From IMG/VR virus record IMGVR_UViG_3300040801_004793, positions 32,001 through 96,000 of that record: a stretch of DNA of 64,000 bases. One strand, written 5' to 3'. The translations under genes and the position numbers were made by a program. This DNA is from a virus. A model generated the notes under the pieces. That model worked only from the letters and a program-made list of their open reading frames with translations, was not told the origin of the DNA and did no database searches. Of this stretch, positions 38,801-47,707 are shown in pieces. The stretch's first letter is position 1; every line of letters begins with the position of its first letter.

Positions 38801-40358
38801 TAGAAGAATAAGGCTGAACTTCAGTACCGGGCCGTAAAGAGAGTGTGGCTTGCATAGCAGCTACATCAACGCCAGATAAAAGAGTTCTACCTAAAGCTGA
38901 TATCGTACTACTCGCAAAGGTAGTAGCTCCAGTACTGTAAATAATTTGATTCGCAGACAGAGTAAGGCTTGATAGAGATTCAAGAATAGTACTGAAACTT
39001 TGAATGGTCGAACCTATATCTGATGCTTGTAAACTAGAGTCTGCTAAAGCTAAAGAAGCTAAAGTAGCAGCGGTTAAAGAAATCGTGATATTTGTAGAAA
39101 GAGCTCCTCCTCCTTCTAACCCAAGTTCGGTAGAAACTGTTCTACTAGGAGGAACACTTTCAGCAATGTCTATTACAGTTTGATTTAAAATATCATCATC
39201 TGTAATTGTAACTCCACCACCAGTAAAATTTAAAGCACTTCTATAAGTTTGAGAAATCCCCTGAAAAAGAATACCTCTATTAACTTGAGAGCCTTCTTGA
39301 ATACTATCTAGTTTAATCTTAAGAGCAGAAGACATTAATCCAGCTAAAGTGTTTGTAACACTACCTATGGATATATTTTGTCCTCCAGTATTATTAATCT
39401 CTAAATTTGTGTCGGTGTGATTAATTACACTTAAATCTACACTGGCACTACCACTCGGTCCCTGTGGTCCTCGGGATGCGAAAGAAAAAGTAATATTACC
39501 AGATAGAGTTCCATTACTTCCAAGATGAGCAACGGTAAGGTCTCTATAATTTACATTGTCTACAACAGAGTCTAAACGATAAAAAGAATACGAAGTAGAA
39601 TCACTTTCATCAATTAGCATTAGAATGCTACCTAAAGTTAGCTCATCTAAAACTAAATCTGTAGCATTGCCATTTCGATCTATCTCAGAAATATAAATAT
39701 TTGTAGCAAGAGAAGGAGTAGCGTTATTTAATCTAATTTCACCAGCAGCCGGAGAAGTACTAGTAGAAGTACTAAATGTATGTCTTAATCCAAACCCCGT
39801 TATACCATTAACTCCGGGATTACCCTGTTCTCCTTGAATACCCTGAGGCCCTCTTACAGAAGCCCCAAGTGTAGTATTTCCTGCAATAGTGCCGTTTCCA
39901 TAAAGATGGGTTACGTTATAAGTTCTATCCGTACCGTTATCAACTTGACTATTTAACGAAAAGAAGTGGTAATTAGAAGTGTCTGACTCGTCTACTACGG
40001 CTAGAACAGAATTTAACTGAATAAAATCTAAGAGACCAGAAGTATTTGCTGCATTCCTATCTGTTTCTGAAACGTAAATTTCTGTGGCTAGAGAAAGATT
40101 AGAGTTATTTAATCTTATTTCTCCGTTAGCTGGAGAACTCGTAGTTGTGGGACTAAAAATATACTTAGCCCCAAAAACAACGGCATCCCCGGATACAATA
40201 GAAACTGTAACCTCCTGACCCGTACCCGTAGCAGTTACGCTGGCCCCTTCAATATTAATAGAGTTTATATTCGAACCTAAAGATACGCCCTCATCTTTTA
40301 CAGTCAAAGCTCCGGCGTCTTTAATTAGTTGTACAGCTTTATCGCTAGAAACGGGCAT
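35874..40358 (-). CDS. Long tail fibre protein
   Basis: 1494 aa; duplicated P..GEIRLNN domain, Gly-X-Y stretches, C1q-like segments, GC-rich C-terminal tip. Confidence 0.8.
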   Translation of the reverse strand: MPVSSDKAVQLIKDAGALTVKDEGVSLGSNINSINIEGASVTATGTGQEVTVSIVSGDAVVFGAKYIFSPTTTSSPANGEIRLNNSNLSLATEIYVSETDRNAANTSGLLDFIQLNSVLAVVDESDTSNYHFFSLNSQVDNGTDRTYNVTHLYGNGTIAGNTTLGASVRGPQGIQGEQGNPGVNGITGFGLRHTFSTSTSTSPAAGEIRLNNATPSLATNIYISEIDRNGNATDLVLDELTLGSILMLIDESDSTSYSFYRLDSVVDNVNYRDLTVAHLGSNGTLSGNITFSFASRGPQGPSGSASVDLSVINHTDTNLEINNTGGQNISIGSVTNTLAGLMSSALKIKLDSIQEGSQVNRGILFQGISQTYRSALNFTGGGVTITDDDILNQTVIDIAESVPPSRTVSTELGLEGGGALSTNITISLTAATLASLALADSSLQASDIGSTIQSFSTILESLSSLTLSANQIIYSTGATTFASSTISALGRTLLSGVDVAAMQATLSLRPGTEVQPYSSKLSSIVSGFDAATEGQVLKKVGSNLVYGDPPAGGGSSDTLNLVQQVPGSVADPGGTNTTVYAGTDGKLYYRNSGGVETEIGSGGTGGTSFQSIHFYATKDGGQTIASGSNVLVDWDTPTSDTEVAWDPVNNEWEAQEDCYLQVSAAIHFDNEDNTPVSGRCIIILEKKLLDSTYIEVGRSEVARGTYSDAETIPVISSNLSLVAGERIRILAHQGSGLPNTVINFHAGRGFFSLLGWRKNTVGGSFGSNTIYTAIKVAGGTLSSSSNSLLASNLDANSYEKLELNYSLRSDSATRTFPEIRINGDSNVSNYDKYLLNLDSTPALLEGVGSNVGFPIPGSNSEIYTFGSLFIKVLDPGSTSKYKNLEVYGVVPRDSTNVDDSLRLGNIIWKNTEAIQSIEITQGDNFIAGSSWEVLGYKEITVNPANVGTTSVKQLVPLVDASLSVDTAFASSDTVTWDTDSLNNTNLVGGVYTAPQDESVLISVHVRQNTNSRIVFGLEINGVREATIDHPFSETTGASSANFTKIVSLSSGDQIKVVCFEANTYRVESFFQISRIENTSISVGSSEGGSSLTIQSTNISFTAEPENLYLVDTTATSITATLPNSPTNGSRIRFVDKVGSFGTNSLTINRSGTNTLTDGTLTSLELNSDFANIELAYFDGIWSLAGGNSFLDNKGLTPNPVWDGSSLGWDTTGDGSADIAPVNLRGPSGAATGGVRQVVLNGPPSWLTVGTGLQVVSSGSAIATIAKGWGGAGAIDDIFEIPSATSWGSLTASDICYLWVEWDGTTVTTGHSTLEPAYGATAPTSPASGQWWFDTVNYKGFSWDGAAWVDAPRVYVGQATTDGSGVTAVVQYAYNGRYQSGVISINANTLYSLNAHLGVPEAGMQVFARQPGAVAWVLLSGGHAEQAAAGSAFVRAGLSAGYSGIPGVIRFRTGSNHVILGWNEAGAGVNGAGGTTTTSEVNSGVDCYAVAWRFF

Positions 40359-40361
40359 TTC

Positions 40362-43300
40362 TTATAATAATCTCCAGGTTGTTGTATCCCACATGACTAA
40401 GGCTTGTTCTCCAGGATTTAGTACAGATAGGGATACACTACTCTCATTTACTACATCTAAAGTATTAGTGGTTGAGGTGTTAATAATAAAGTGATGTTGA
40501 AATTGACTACCTCCATTATACAGGTTTACCAAATAGTCGCTAGCCGTATCAAAAACACAATAGTAGGGGTCAGAAGCATCTAGTGTACGATTACCCAGAA
40601 GAGTTTCTTTCGTACCTTTTGACTTTAAATTTGCATGAATTGTGTTTCCTATATCATCGTAGCTAAAAACGATGTCTCCTAGAGTACCATCATCTAAAAT
40701 TCCACCTACGGCGTCTTGAGCTTGTTCTACTGTAAAACCAGGAATCTCAATTTGAGTATCGGGATTTGCATCCGTAACTGTTACACCACCGCCAACAAAA
40801 TTTAGACTACTTCTAGTTGTAAGGGTAGAACCTTCATCTTTAATAGAATGACCACTACTTCCTCCACCAAAAAAGCCTCCTAAAATAGTGGTGCCGTCTG
40901 GAGAATATAAATATATAGTTGATTCCCAGCTATTAGCTACACCCCCAAAAGAAGGAATTCCATTTTCCCATCCCACTGAGACCGGCCAACCTGCAATAGT
41001 TCTTCCCCCTGTAGCATCCTGTAAAACATAGACGGTAGCTTGAGAGCCAGCAACAAAATTCGTGAGATTAATAGTTGTGATATTCTCTGTCAGGGTAAGA
41101 ATATAGTAATTTTGGTTGGGAGCATCAATAGTAATAGCCCCAGTGCTGATAGGTAAATTAGAAGGGGCTGTACTTCCTCCCCCCGATGGGAAATTAATAA
41201 CTACTTCATCGCCAGAAACAGTAATAGCTCCAGAACCTTTAAAATTTAATCTCCCAACATTTTCCGAAACGACAATATCATCATCGGCTACAGATAGCCT
41301 ATCGTCTACAGGAATTTCAATAGTCTCGGGAGTAGGTTCATTTACATAAACAACGTGTCCGTTGTGAGTCAGAACATTTCCATTATGAGTAACAATTCTT
41401 TCTGGTTCAAAAGTAACGTTTAACCAGTCGTCTGGAGAAATAGTATCTTTAGAGAGATATACAAAATTTGAGAGAGTATCAGAGTAAAGAGTTCCGGCTG
41501 CCAATGGGGTCGTAGACGGAGGGGTAGTTTGAAATTCTACATTTACAGTTCCTCCACCACCGCTACCTCCACTTTTTAACCATCTGCCCGGATTTTCAAT
41601 TAAAATATCATCTGGTCTTAAAGTTATATTAGTCGTGTTGTCTGTACTCAATGCGTCAAAAACCCAGATCTCAGGGGGACGATTCTCTAGTACTAAACGA
41701 GTTTCAAAGTTTTGAATGCTAGCTGAAGGTATAGCTGTAAGGGCTGCATACGTGTCTATTGAAGAAGACCAAATACCCCCTTCAAAACGAATCCATCTTC
41801 CCGGATCTACGCTTGTTATAGAGGCAGGCTTAATCGAATTGCTGCTGTTGTTAGTAGAAGCTTCAAACCAAGTCCAAAGGCAAAGGTTTTCATTTTCGAA
41901 AGTAAATCTTGTTTCATAGTTAATTAAATTTGCTGGTACTAAAGTTTCCAGACTGCTTCGATTAGAAATAGGATACTGCCAAATTTGAGTACTCTCTGCA
42001 ATATCCGCTAAATTTCTGGTAAGTTCTATAATACAGCCATCGTTAACAGAATGACTAATATCGGTTACGGCGTTACCGAGATACCTAAAAGAAACGCAAA
42101 CTTCATAAACGTCGGTTCCCGTAGTCGTGGGAACAACAGAGCTCGGAGCTAGGGGAGTCCATAATCCAAAATAATCCGTATTTAAATTTGGAGTTACGGC
42201 CCCTTCAGCCCAAACAGCCGTAAAGGTATCACTCGTAGTATTCGTGGGTATAAAACCTAAAAACTTTCTAATCTCTACTCCGTTTTTACGAATAAAGAAA
42301 ATAATTTCATCTACGTTAAAAACACCTCTGGAACTTCCAGCGATAACATCTGGATAATTTGACCGGATGCTGGAAGGGTAAGGAACTTGAATTGTAAAGT
42401 TTGGTGAAACATCAGCAGTTACAGAAGCCGCAAAAGCTCCACAGTGACTCTCTCCTGATACTGTACTAACTAAAGCTCTTTGAGCTTCGAAATCTTGAAC
42501 GATATCAGAGGTATAAACATCTCCGCTATTATTAATAATTACTTTTTGATTCGCTGTGTCTACATCTAAATTTAAAATATTGACTGAAGCTTTATCTTTA
42601 AAAAAGTAACCATTAACAGTACCACTTCCTTCATCTACTAGTACCTCCAAAAGGGAAGAGGGATATACTCTTCGAAGTCCTGTAGGGTAAGGTAAAATTA
42701 CATCTCCTACAATAGCGCTAGCGTCATTATACGTACCCGATTCTGCAAAGATGAAAGGGTAAATACTGATATCACTTAGATATGCTGGAAGGCTTTTTAG
42801 TTGGTAGCTATGAAACTCTGGAAAAACTCTACACTGCCAGCAGTAATTAGGCTGAATATCTTTAGCTATTACTATATCGCTAGCTTCAAAAGTATATGGT
42901 TTTTCTACCCCAATATCTTTTTGTGGGCTAACTTCATCTTCAGCCACTATATCTAACAGACCAGTAGCGGGGTTACTTATTCCTTCATAGACAATTTTTA
43001 GTAAACTTTCAAAGTCTTCCGAAGCAGGAACACCATTTACTGTAATTACAAAACCAACTCTTTCTCCTTTAGAAATAGGTTCAGAACTATTTTGATTTAA
43101 TATCCAAAGCCTTCTATATTTACCCTGACTTCCATCTAAGGCATATTTGTAAGGAAGAAGTTTGGAAGTGTCGGTAATTTCAAGTAAGGCCATATCAGCC
43201 CCATTTACAGTATTTGTGGTGTCAGTAATTGAATTATTAAATTCATCTAAATACTTCAACCATCTTCCTGTAGAAGCCCCTATAACCTCTACTCCATCTA

Positions 43301-43784
43301 CAGTATCCGAGCTATTAGGATGATAACGATAAATATTTCCGTTAGCGTTGTACAGCCGTATCATTCCTTCTGTTAGATTTGCTCCAGAAGGAAAGGTGCT
43401 GACTCCTTCTCTAGAAAGATCTAGATGACTATCTTCTGTAATAGTTATTGTCTTAGGTAGCGTAATAGGTTCTTGTGTGCTGGCAATTACAGCATCAATT
43501 ACGCAAATTACAGTAGAGGTAGAGTGGTCGTTTTCAGTTCCCGCAGAAATTACAAACTGCTGCCAGTTCTCCCCAGACCTATAACAATCGGCGGGAATCG
43601 TAATAGATATACCCTGTCCCGCAGTAACACTTACACTAGATACAATAGAAGGCAAATTAAAACCAATATCGTTTCTACCTTGAATCCAAAAATAGTATGT
43701 TTGGGGTACAGTAAGATTGCCTGATGTTGTAGATACATTCAGGGCCGTAATTTGTGTTCTTCCACTAGCGTATTGTACTTTCAT
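40362..43784 (-). CDS. Tail tip/fibre-anchoring protein
   Basis: 1140 aa; three ..S.......GRW repeats; QDATGGRT motif; Gly linkers. Confidence 0.65.
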   Translation of the reverse strand: MKVQYASGRTQITALNVSTTSGNLTVPQTYYFWIQGRNDIGFNLPSIVSSVSVTAGQGISITIPADCYRSGENWQQFVISAGTENDHSTSTVICVIDAVIASTQEPITLPKTITITEDSHLDLSREGVSTFPSGANLTEGMIRLYNANGNIYRYHPNSSDTVDGVEVIGASTGRWLKYLDEFNNSITDTTNTVNGADMALLEITDTSKLLPYKYALDGSQGKYRRLWILNQNSSEPISKGERVGFVITVNGVPASEDFESLLKIVYEGISNPATGLLDIVAEDEVSPQKDIGVEKPYTFEASDIVIAKDIQPNYCWQCRVFPEFHSYQLKSLPAYLSDISIYPFIFAESGTYNDASAIVGDVILPYPTGLRRVYPSSLLEVLVDEGSGTVNGYFFKDKASVNILNLDVDTANQKVIINNSGDVYTSDIVQDFEAQRALVSTVSGESHCGAFAASVTADVSPNFTIQVPYPSSIRSNYPDVIAGSSRGVFNVDEIIFFIRKNGVEIRKFLGFIPTNTTSDTFTAVWAEGAVTPNLNTDYFGLWTPLAPSSVVPTTTGTDVYEVCVSFRYLGNAVTDISHSVNDGCIIELTRNLADIAESTQIWQYPISNRSSLETLVPANLINYETRFTFENENLCLWTWFEASTNNSSNSIKPASITSVDPGRWIRFEGGIWSSSIDTYAALTAIPSASIQNFETRLVLENRPPEIWVFDALSTDNTTNITLRPDDILIENPGRWLKSGGSGGGGTVNVEFQTTPPSTTPLAAGTLYSDTLSNFVYLSKDTISPDDWLNVTFEPERIVTHNGNVLTHNGHVVYVNEPTPETIEIPVDDRLSVADDDIVVSENVGRLNFKGSGAITVSGDEVVINFPSGGGSTAPSNLPISTGAITIDAPNQNYYILTLTENITTINLTNFVAGSQATVYVLQDATGGRTIAGWPVSVGWENGIPSFGGVANSWESTIYLYSPDGTTILGGFFGGGSSGHSIKDEGSTLTTRSSLNFVGGGVTVTDANPDTQIEIPGFTVEQAQDAVGGILDDGTLGDIVFSYDDIGNTIHANLKSKGTKETLLGNRTLDASDPYYCVFDTASDYLVNLYNGGSQFQHHFIINTSTTNTLDVVNESSVSLSVLNPGEQALVMWDTTTWRLL

Positions 43785-43975
43785 TATCTATTTAATAGTT
43801 CTCTGGAGGATCTTTCATAGCTGGGTCTAGACTTAAAAGTATAAGCTTCATTATTTATAGTAAGTTCGACCTCATGAGAACTTACTTGTTTAGCTGACAG
43901 CTTTTTACTATTTACGTATTGCAAAAATTTGTCTACTAATACTCTTTTCTGTTGGTAATCAAAAACTCTTTTCAT
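43784..43975 (-). CDS. Hypothetical protein
   Basis: ATG at 43975 avoids overlap with the upstream gene; TAATG-coupled to the next gene. Confidence 0.55.
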   Translation of the reverse strand: MKRVFDYQQKRVLVDKFLQYVNSKKLSAKQVSSHEVELTINNEAYTFKSRPSYERSSRELLNR

Positions 43976-43979
43976 TCTA

Positions 43980-46505
43980 TTATACGGGTATAGGGTTAGG
44001 GCTGTTAGGATCTGCTCTGTTACGTCTCGTACGCACGTTTGCAAAGACATTTTTAGTGCCAAGATTACTGCTACTTGAGTTATACGTAGCTGCCATATCT
44101 AGGCCATCTAATTGCTTTTCAAACTTTTTATTTATCTTAATATCTGATCTACTCGGAATGTTCCACACTCCCAAACTTACAGACGTACCATCACAAGTGA
44201 CTAACAACTCACCGTCTACAAAACCCTGGTAGTTTAAGGTAAAGCTAACATTCTTTGCTCTTTTAGGGTGTTTATTAAAAGTATCAACTGTAGTTACAAA
44301 ATCCCCCGGTGTAAGTTCGGGATAAAACCAAGCTAGAGTAATACTCTCTTCGCTAGCTTGCAGAAAATTTTGAACCGCTAATTGATACCTAGCTGAGTCA
44401 ATAGCAGTATCTAATAAACTTGTATTTACAGAAATACTGTCTAGAGTGTTATAAAACTTAGAAGTGTCTTTCCCCGAAATGTAATAACTAGTTAAAGTAT
44501 TTACGTACCTACTATTTAATCCGAAGGGTGTTCTTACTCTATTAAGTTCACTTCTTCTAGCGTATCTATCTTGTAATACGTCGGGAGAAGATGGCCTGCC
44601 TAAATTTTCACTAAATTTTATCTTCTGCAAACTATGTTGGAATTTATAATCCTGGCTGCTTGCGGAAGAAGAATACTCCATAAAGCTATCTTCTTCAATG
44701 TCTCTATTTCTTTCTACTTTTTTTCTAGTCCAACGAGAAGGTTGAACTTCTCTTTTTACGAAAGAATAAGTATCCTCCCCCGTACTAAGGTCTTCTTGCA
44801 ATCTAAGAAGTCTAAGTTCTTCAGCTTTTTGCTCGTCTGTTAGATTGGGATTTTCAGATATTTTCTTTCGTTCATCACGAATAATAATGTTTTCGGGATT
44901 ATCCATGCTATTAAAAGCATGAGTCTGATTTACTTCAGATATTACCATCATTGGGTAAATATAAGTTCTTGAAGGAGTTGCTACGATTACTTCTTGTTTT
45001 CCGTCAAGACCAATATCTTGAAGAGTGGCTTTTTGAGTTTCAAAAGGAACATCTTCACTAGGATCATAATAATCTAGCGGATCTTCTAGATAACTAAGTT
45101 TTTGTTCTTTAAGCGGCATTTTTCTAAATTGAATTGCCTCCCAGAGTCTTTCAAAATACTCAAGATCAATGCCAGTGTTTTCTCCACTATCTATCTCTTC
45201 TCTCAGTATTCGACTATCTGTATTACCATCGTTTAATTGTTCCTGACTAAATCTTCCCAATTTCCAACCTGTAGTTAGTACTTCAACTAGGTACTTATTT
45301 TTAAAAGTTGTACTAATAGGTCTTCCTACCTCGTCTCTATAAACTACAGTAAAAACTTTCTTTGTCTTTTTATCTCTCACGAGTAAACGTGCAGAAGCTT
45401 CGAGCTTTTTATAGATATATTTAGTTTTTCTGTATTCAATTAAAGTCCAGAAAGATTGTGGATTTTGGCTTAAAAGAGGAGGAGTGTCAGTGGGAGCATC
45501 TGGTAGTTCAGCTAGAGGGTTGTGAATTTCCACAGCTAGGTAGGCCAGGCCATATTGAAAACTCTCTTCTTCAATTAACTTATTGTTTATATACTTAGTT
45601 CTTCTAAAACTTTTTCTCGGTCCACTACTGTCAAAGTTTAAGTCTAGTGTTGTAATAGTTCTAAGATCTCTGGGAACAATAGTGGGATTGTCATCACCTT
45701 CTATTAGAGTTCTTTTAAGAGGTGGTCTCTTAATAACCGGGTCATTTCCGAAAAAGTTTTTTCTGCGAAGAGATCTTACCGCAGCCTCACTTTCCCCGAT
45801 AACGCCGCCTTTTCCTTCCAGTCTAGTATTTAAAAATTGAGATGGTTTTTGTACACTACTTTGAATACTATCTAATATTTCATTTGTGGTAAACTTAAAT
45901 GTTTTACCTTGATCTAAATCTTTTAGACGAATAGTTTTACCACTGTAGTCTATAAATTTTTTATCTTCTCTCAAAGTCTTACCTAGTTCTCCAGAAACAG
46001 TTAAAGCAAACTCTGTTCCTTGATCACTAGGAATTGTAATTTCTCGATCATTACCTGCGTAACTAATACCACCTCTTTCTGCAAGGTTTTTGAGACTAAT
46101 AGTACTCGCTAGAGAAATTCTATTTAAATCGTTTTCATCATAACGTTTTACATAGACTGGTTTTTCTAGAGCCGTAACATTATAACCTTCTAGATTTACA
46201 GAAACAGAGTAAGTCGTAAGAGCGGTTTGCAGACCAGGACCCTCTAGAGTATCTCTTGTTTCTGCATAGTTCGAGATTCTAAACCAATAATCGTAAATTC
46301 TTAATTCTCTACCGAGGTTATTAAGTTCTTTTCGATACAGATTAATTTCGGATTCTGGTATTGCTGTAATACTAATAGAGCCCGAAGGATGCTGTTCAAA
46401 TCCACACTCGACATTAACTGAACCTTCTATAATGGGAACGGGAAGTTCAGGTAGATTAGTTACTCTATTAGAAATAGGTGTGTAAACTCGGGCTAGTGCA
46501 GGCAT
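43980..46505 (-). CDS. Putative baseplate hub/Tal-like tail protein
   Basis: 841 aa; third gene after the tape measure; C-terminal P.L.PGD.V hub-like pattern. Confidence 0.5.
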   Translation of the reverse strand: MPALARVYTPISNRVTNLPELPVPIIEGSVNVECGFEQHPSGSISITAIPESEINLYRKELNNLGRELRIYDYWFRISNYAETRDTLEGPGLQTALTTYSVSVNLEGYNVTALEKPVYVKRYDENDLNRISLASTISLKNLAERGGISYAGNDREITIPSDQGTEFALTVSGELGKTLREDKKFIDYSGKTIRLKDLDQGKTFKFTTNEILDSIQSSVQKPSQFLNTRLEGKGGVIGESEAAVRSLRRKNFFGNDPVIKRPPLKRTLIEGDDNPTIVPRDLRTITTLDLNFDSSGPRKSFRRTKYINNKLIEEESFQYGLAYLAVEIHNPLAELPDAPTDTPPLLSQNPQSFWTLIEYRKTKYIYKKLEASARLLVRDKKTKKVFTVVYRDEVGRPISTTFKNKYLVEVLTTGWKLGRFSQEQLNDGNTDSRILREEIDSGENTGIDLEYFERLWEAIQFRKMPLKEQKLSYLEDPLDYYDPSEDVPFETQKATLQDIGLDGKQEVIVATPSRTYIYPMMVISEVNQTHAFNSMDNPENIIIRDERKKISENPNLTDEQKAEELRLLRLQEDLSTGEDTYSFVKREVQPSRWTRKKVERNRDIEEDSFMEYSSSASSQDYKFQHSLQKIKFSENLGRPSSPDVLQDRYARRSELNRVRTPFGLNSRYVNTLTSYYISGKDTSKFYNTLDSISVNTSLLDTAIDSARYQLAVQNFLQASEESITLAWFYPELTPGDFVTTVDTFNKHPKRAKNVSFTLNYQGFVDGELLVTCDGTSVSLGVWNIPSRSDIKINKKFEKQLDGLDMAATYNSSSSNLGTKNVFANVRTRRNRADPNSPNPIPV

Positions 46506-47284
46506 AGGGCTATTTTACTAAGTCTATTAAATAAGAGACTTCCTGAAGTTATAGAAGTAGACGAATAAAAAGACTTATTTGAATACTGCAAATAATCTAT
46601 AAAATCAATATTTAGATCTGAAGGGTAGGTAAAAGACCACACATCAAATCTTTCTGCATACGATGTAAAGTCTATATCTAATTTTAACAGTAAGCTTTGA
46701 TTTTCCGTAGCTCCGAAAGCATAAGATGATTGAATAGTGAGGTTTTTTGAATTAACATCATAATAAAACTCACTATCTCCAAGAGCTTCTGAGTTCTGTT
46801 TGCTAAAAGCAAAACCACCAGATTCTACTGAACTTATATCACTAAAAGAATAAATAGAATCTACGAAAGAAAAAGTTAAATTAAAGTAGTCGTCCTCTAA
46901 AACTTCTACAAATTCAGAATAATTGTACTCTAAATCCAAAGTACCCAAAAAACTTGTTTCTGTCTTATCTACAACTAAATAAGTAAAATTTGTGAGAAGA
47001 TCTATAAAGTAACAATTTTTTTCTAGATAGAAAAGACTCGTTTTCTCCGTCAGTGTGGGAAATCTAACTGCTCCCTTAAAAATGTATAAGTATAAATTTT
47101 CTGGTATGGGATCTTCAATAAGCGCAGACTGATAAGGTAAAGGTGCAGAACTACTACTCTTCGCCTGAGGGTCAGCTTTAAAAAAGAAAGTGGGGTTTTC
47201 TCCCGATACGAAAAGATTGACTCCTTTAGAAGAGAGCCGAGTATAACTTTCTAAGGGTAAAGCAGAACTTTCTAATTTAAACAT
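46493..47284 (-). CDS. Tail-region hypothetical protein
   Basis: Position in the operon. Confidence 0.55.
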   Translation of the reverse strand: MFKLESSALPLESYTRLSSKGVNLFVSGENPTFFFKADPQAKSSSSAPLPYQSALIEDPIPENLYLYIFKGAVRFPTLTEKTSLFYLEKNCYFIDLLTNFTYLVVDKTETSFLGTLDLEYNYSEFVEVLEDDYFNLTFSFVDSIYSFSDISSVESGGFAFSKQNSEALGDSEFYYDVNSKNLTIQSSYAFGATENQSLLLKLDIDFTSYAERFDVWSFTYPSDLNIDFIDYLQYSNKSFYSSTSITSGSLLFNRLSKIALCLH

Positions 47285-47707
47285 CTAAAACCACTTTAAG
47301 CTATTTGCATATATTTCAATTACGACTTCTTCGAAATACTCAGTTTCATCTGTATCAATATAACTACCTGCCGGGGTGTCAATCATTTTAATAACTCCAC
47401 CTTGAATGGTATGGCCTGCTAAATTTAAATTTATACCACCATCAAAAGTGTTGTAATACTCATTGAGTCTTTGAGTAGCAAAATCAACAATACTTTCGTA
47501 AACGCTTCTTTCTACTTGAGTTAGTGTAACGGAGTACTTAAGCCTCACGGATGTAATGTTGTCTACAAAAGTTCCAATTTTAACTGATATTCTTTTATCT
47601 CCCCCTTCTTTAGAGACTTTTACGTCATCTGGACTTAGGGGGAAATTGCCGATTCCCGGAATAGTGAGAGCATTACTATAAGCGTGTCCGCAGTCTGTAG
47701 CAGGCAT
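47285..47707 (-). CDS. Putative distal tail (Dit-like) protein
   Basis: 140 aa, immediately after the tape measure. Confidence 0.45.
   Translation of the reverse strand: MPATDCGHAYSNALTIPGIGNFPLSPDDVKVSKEGGDKRISVKIGTFVDNITSVRLKYSVTLTQVERSVYESIVDFATQRLNEYYNTFDGGINLNLAGHTIQGGVIKMIDTPAGSYIDTDETEYFEEVVIEIYANSLKWF

Noticed and set aside
33377-40358. Diversity-generating retroelement or invertase shufflon acting on fibre tips
   Set aside because: No reverse transcriptase or site-specific recombinase in the window. The repeats are direct, and their mismatches are not adenine-specific.
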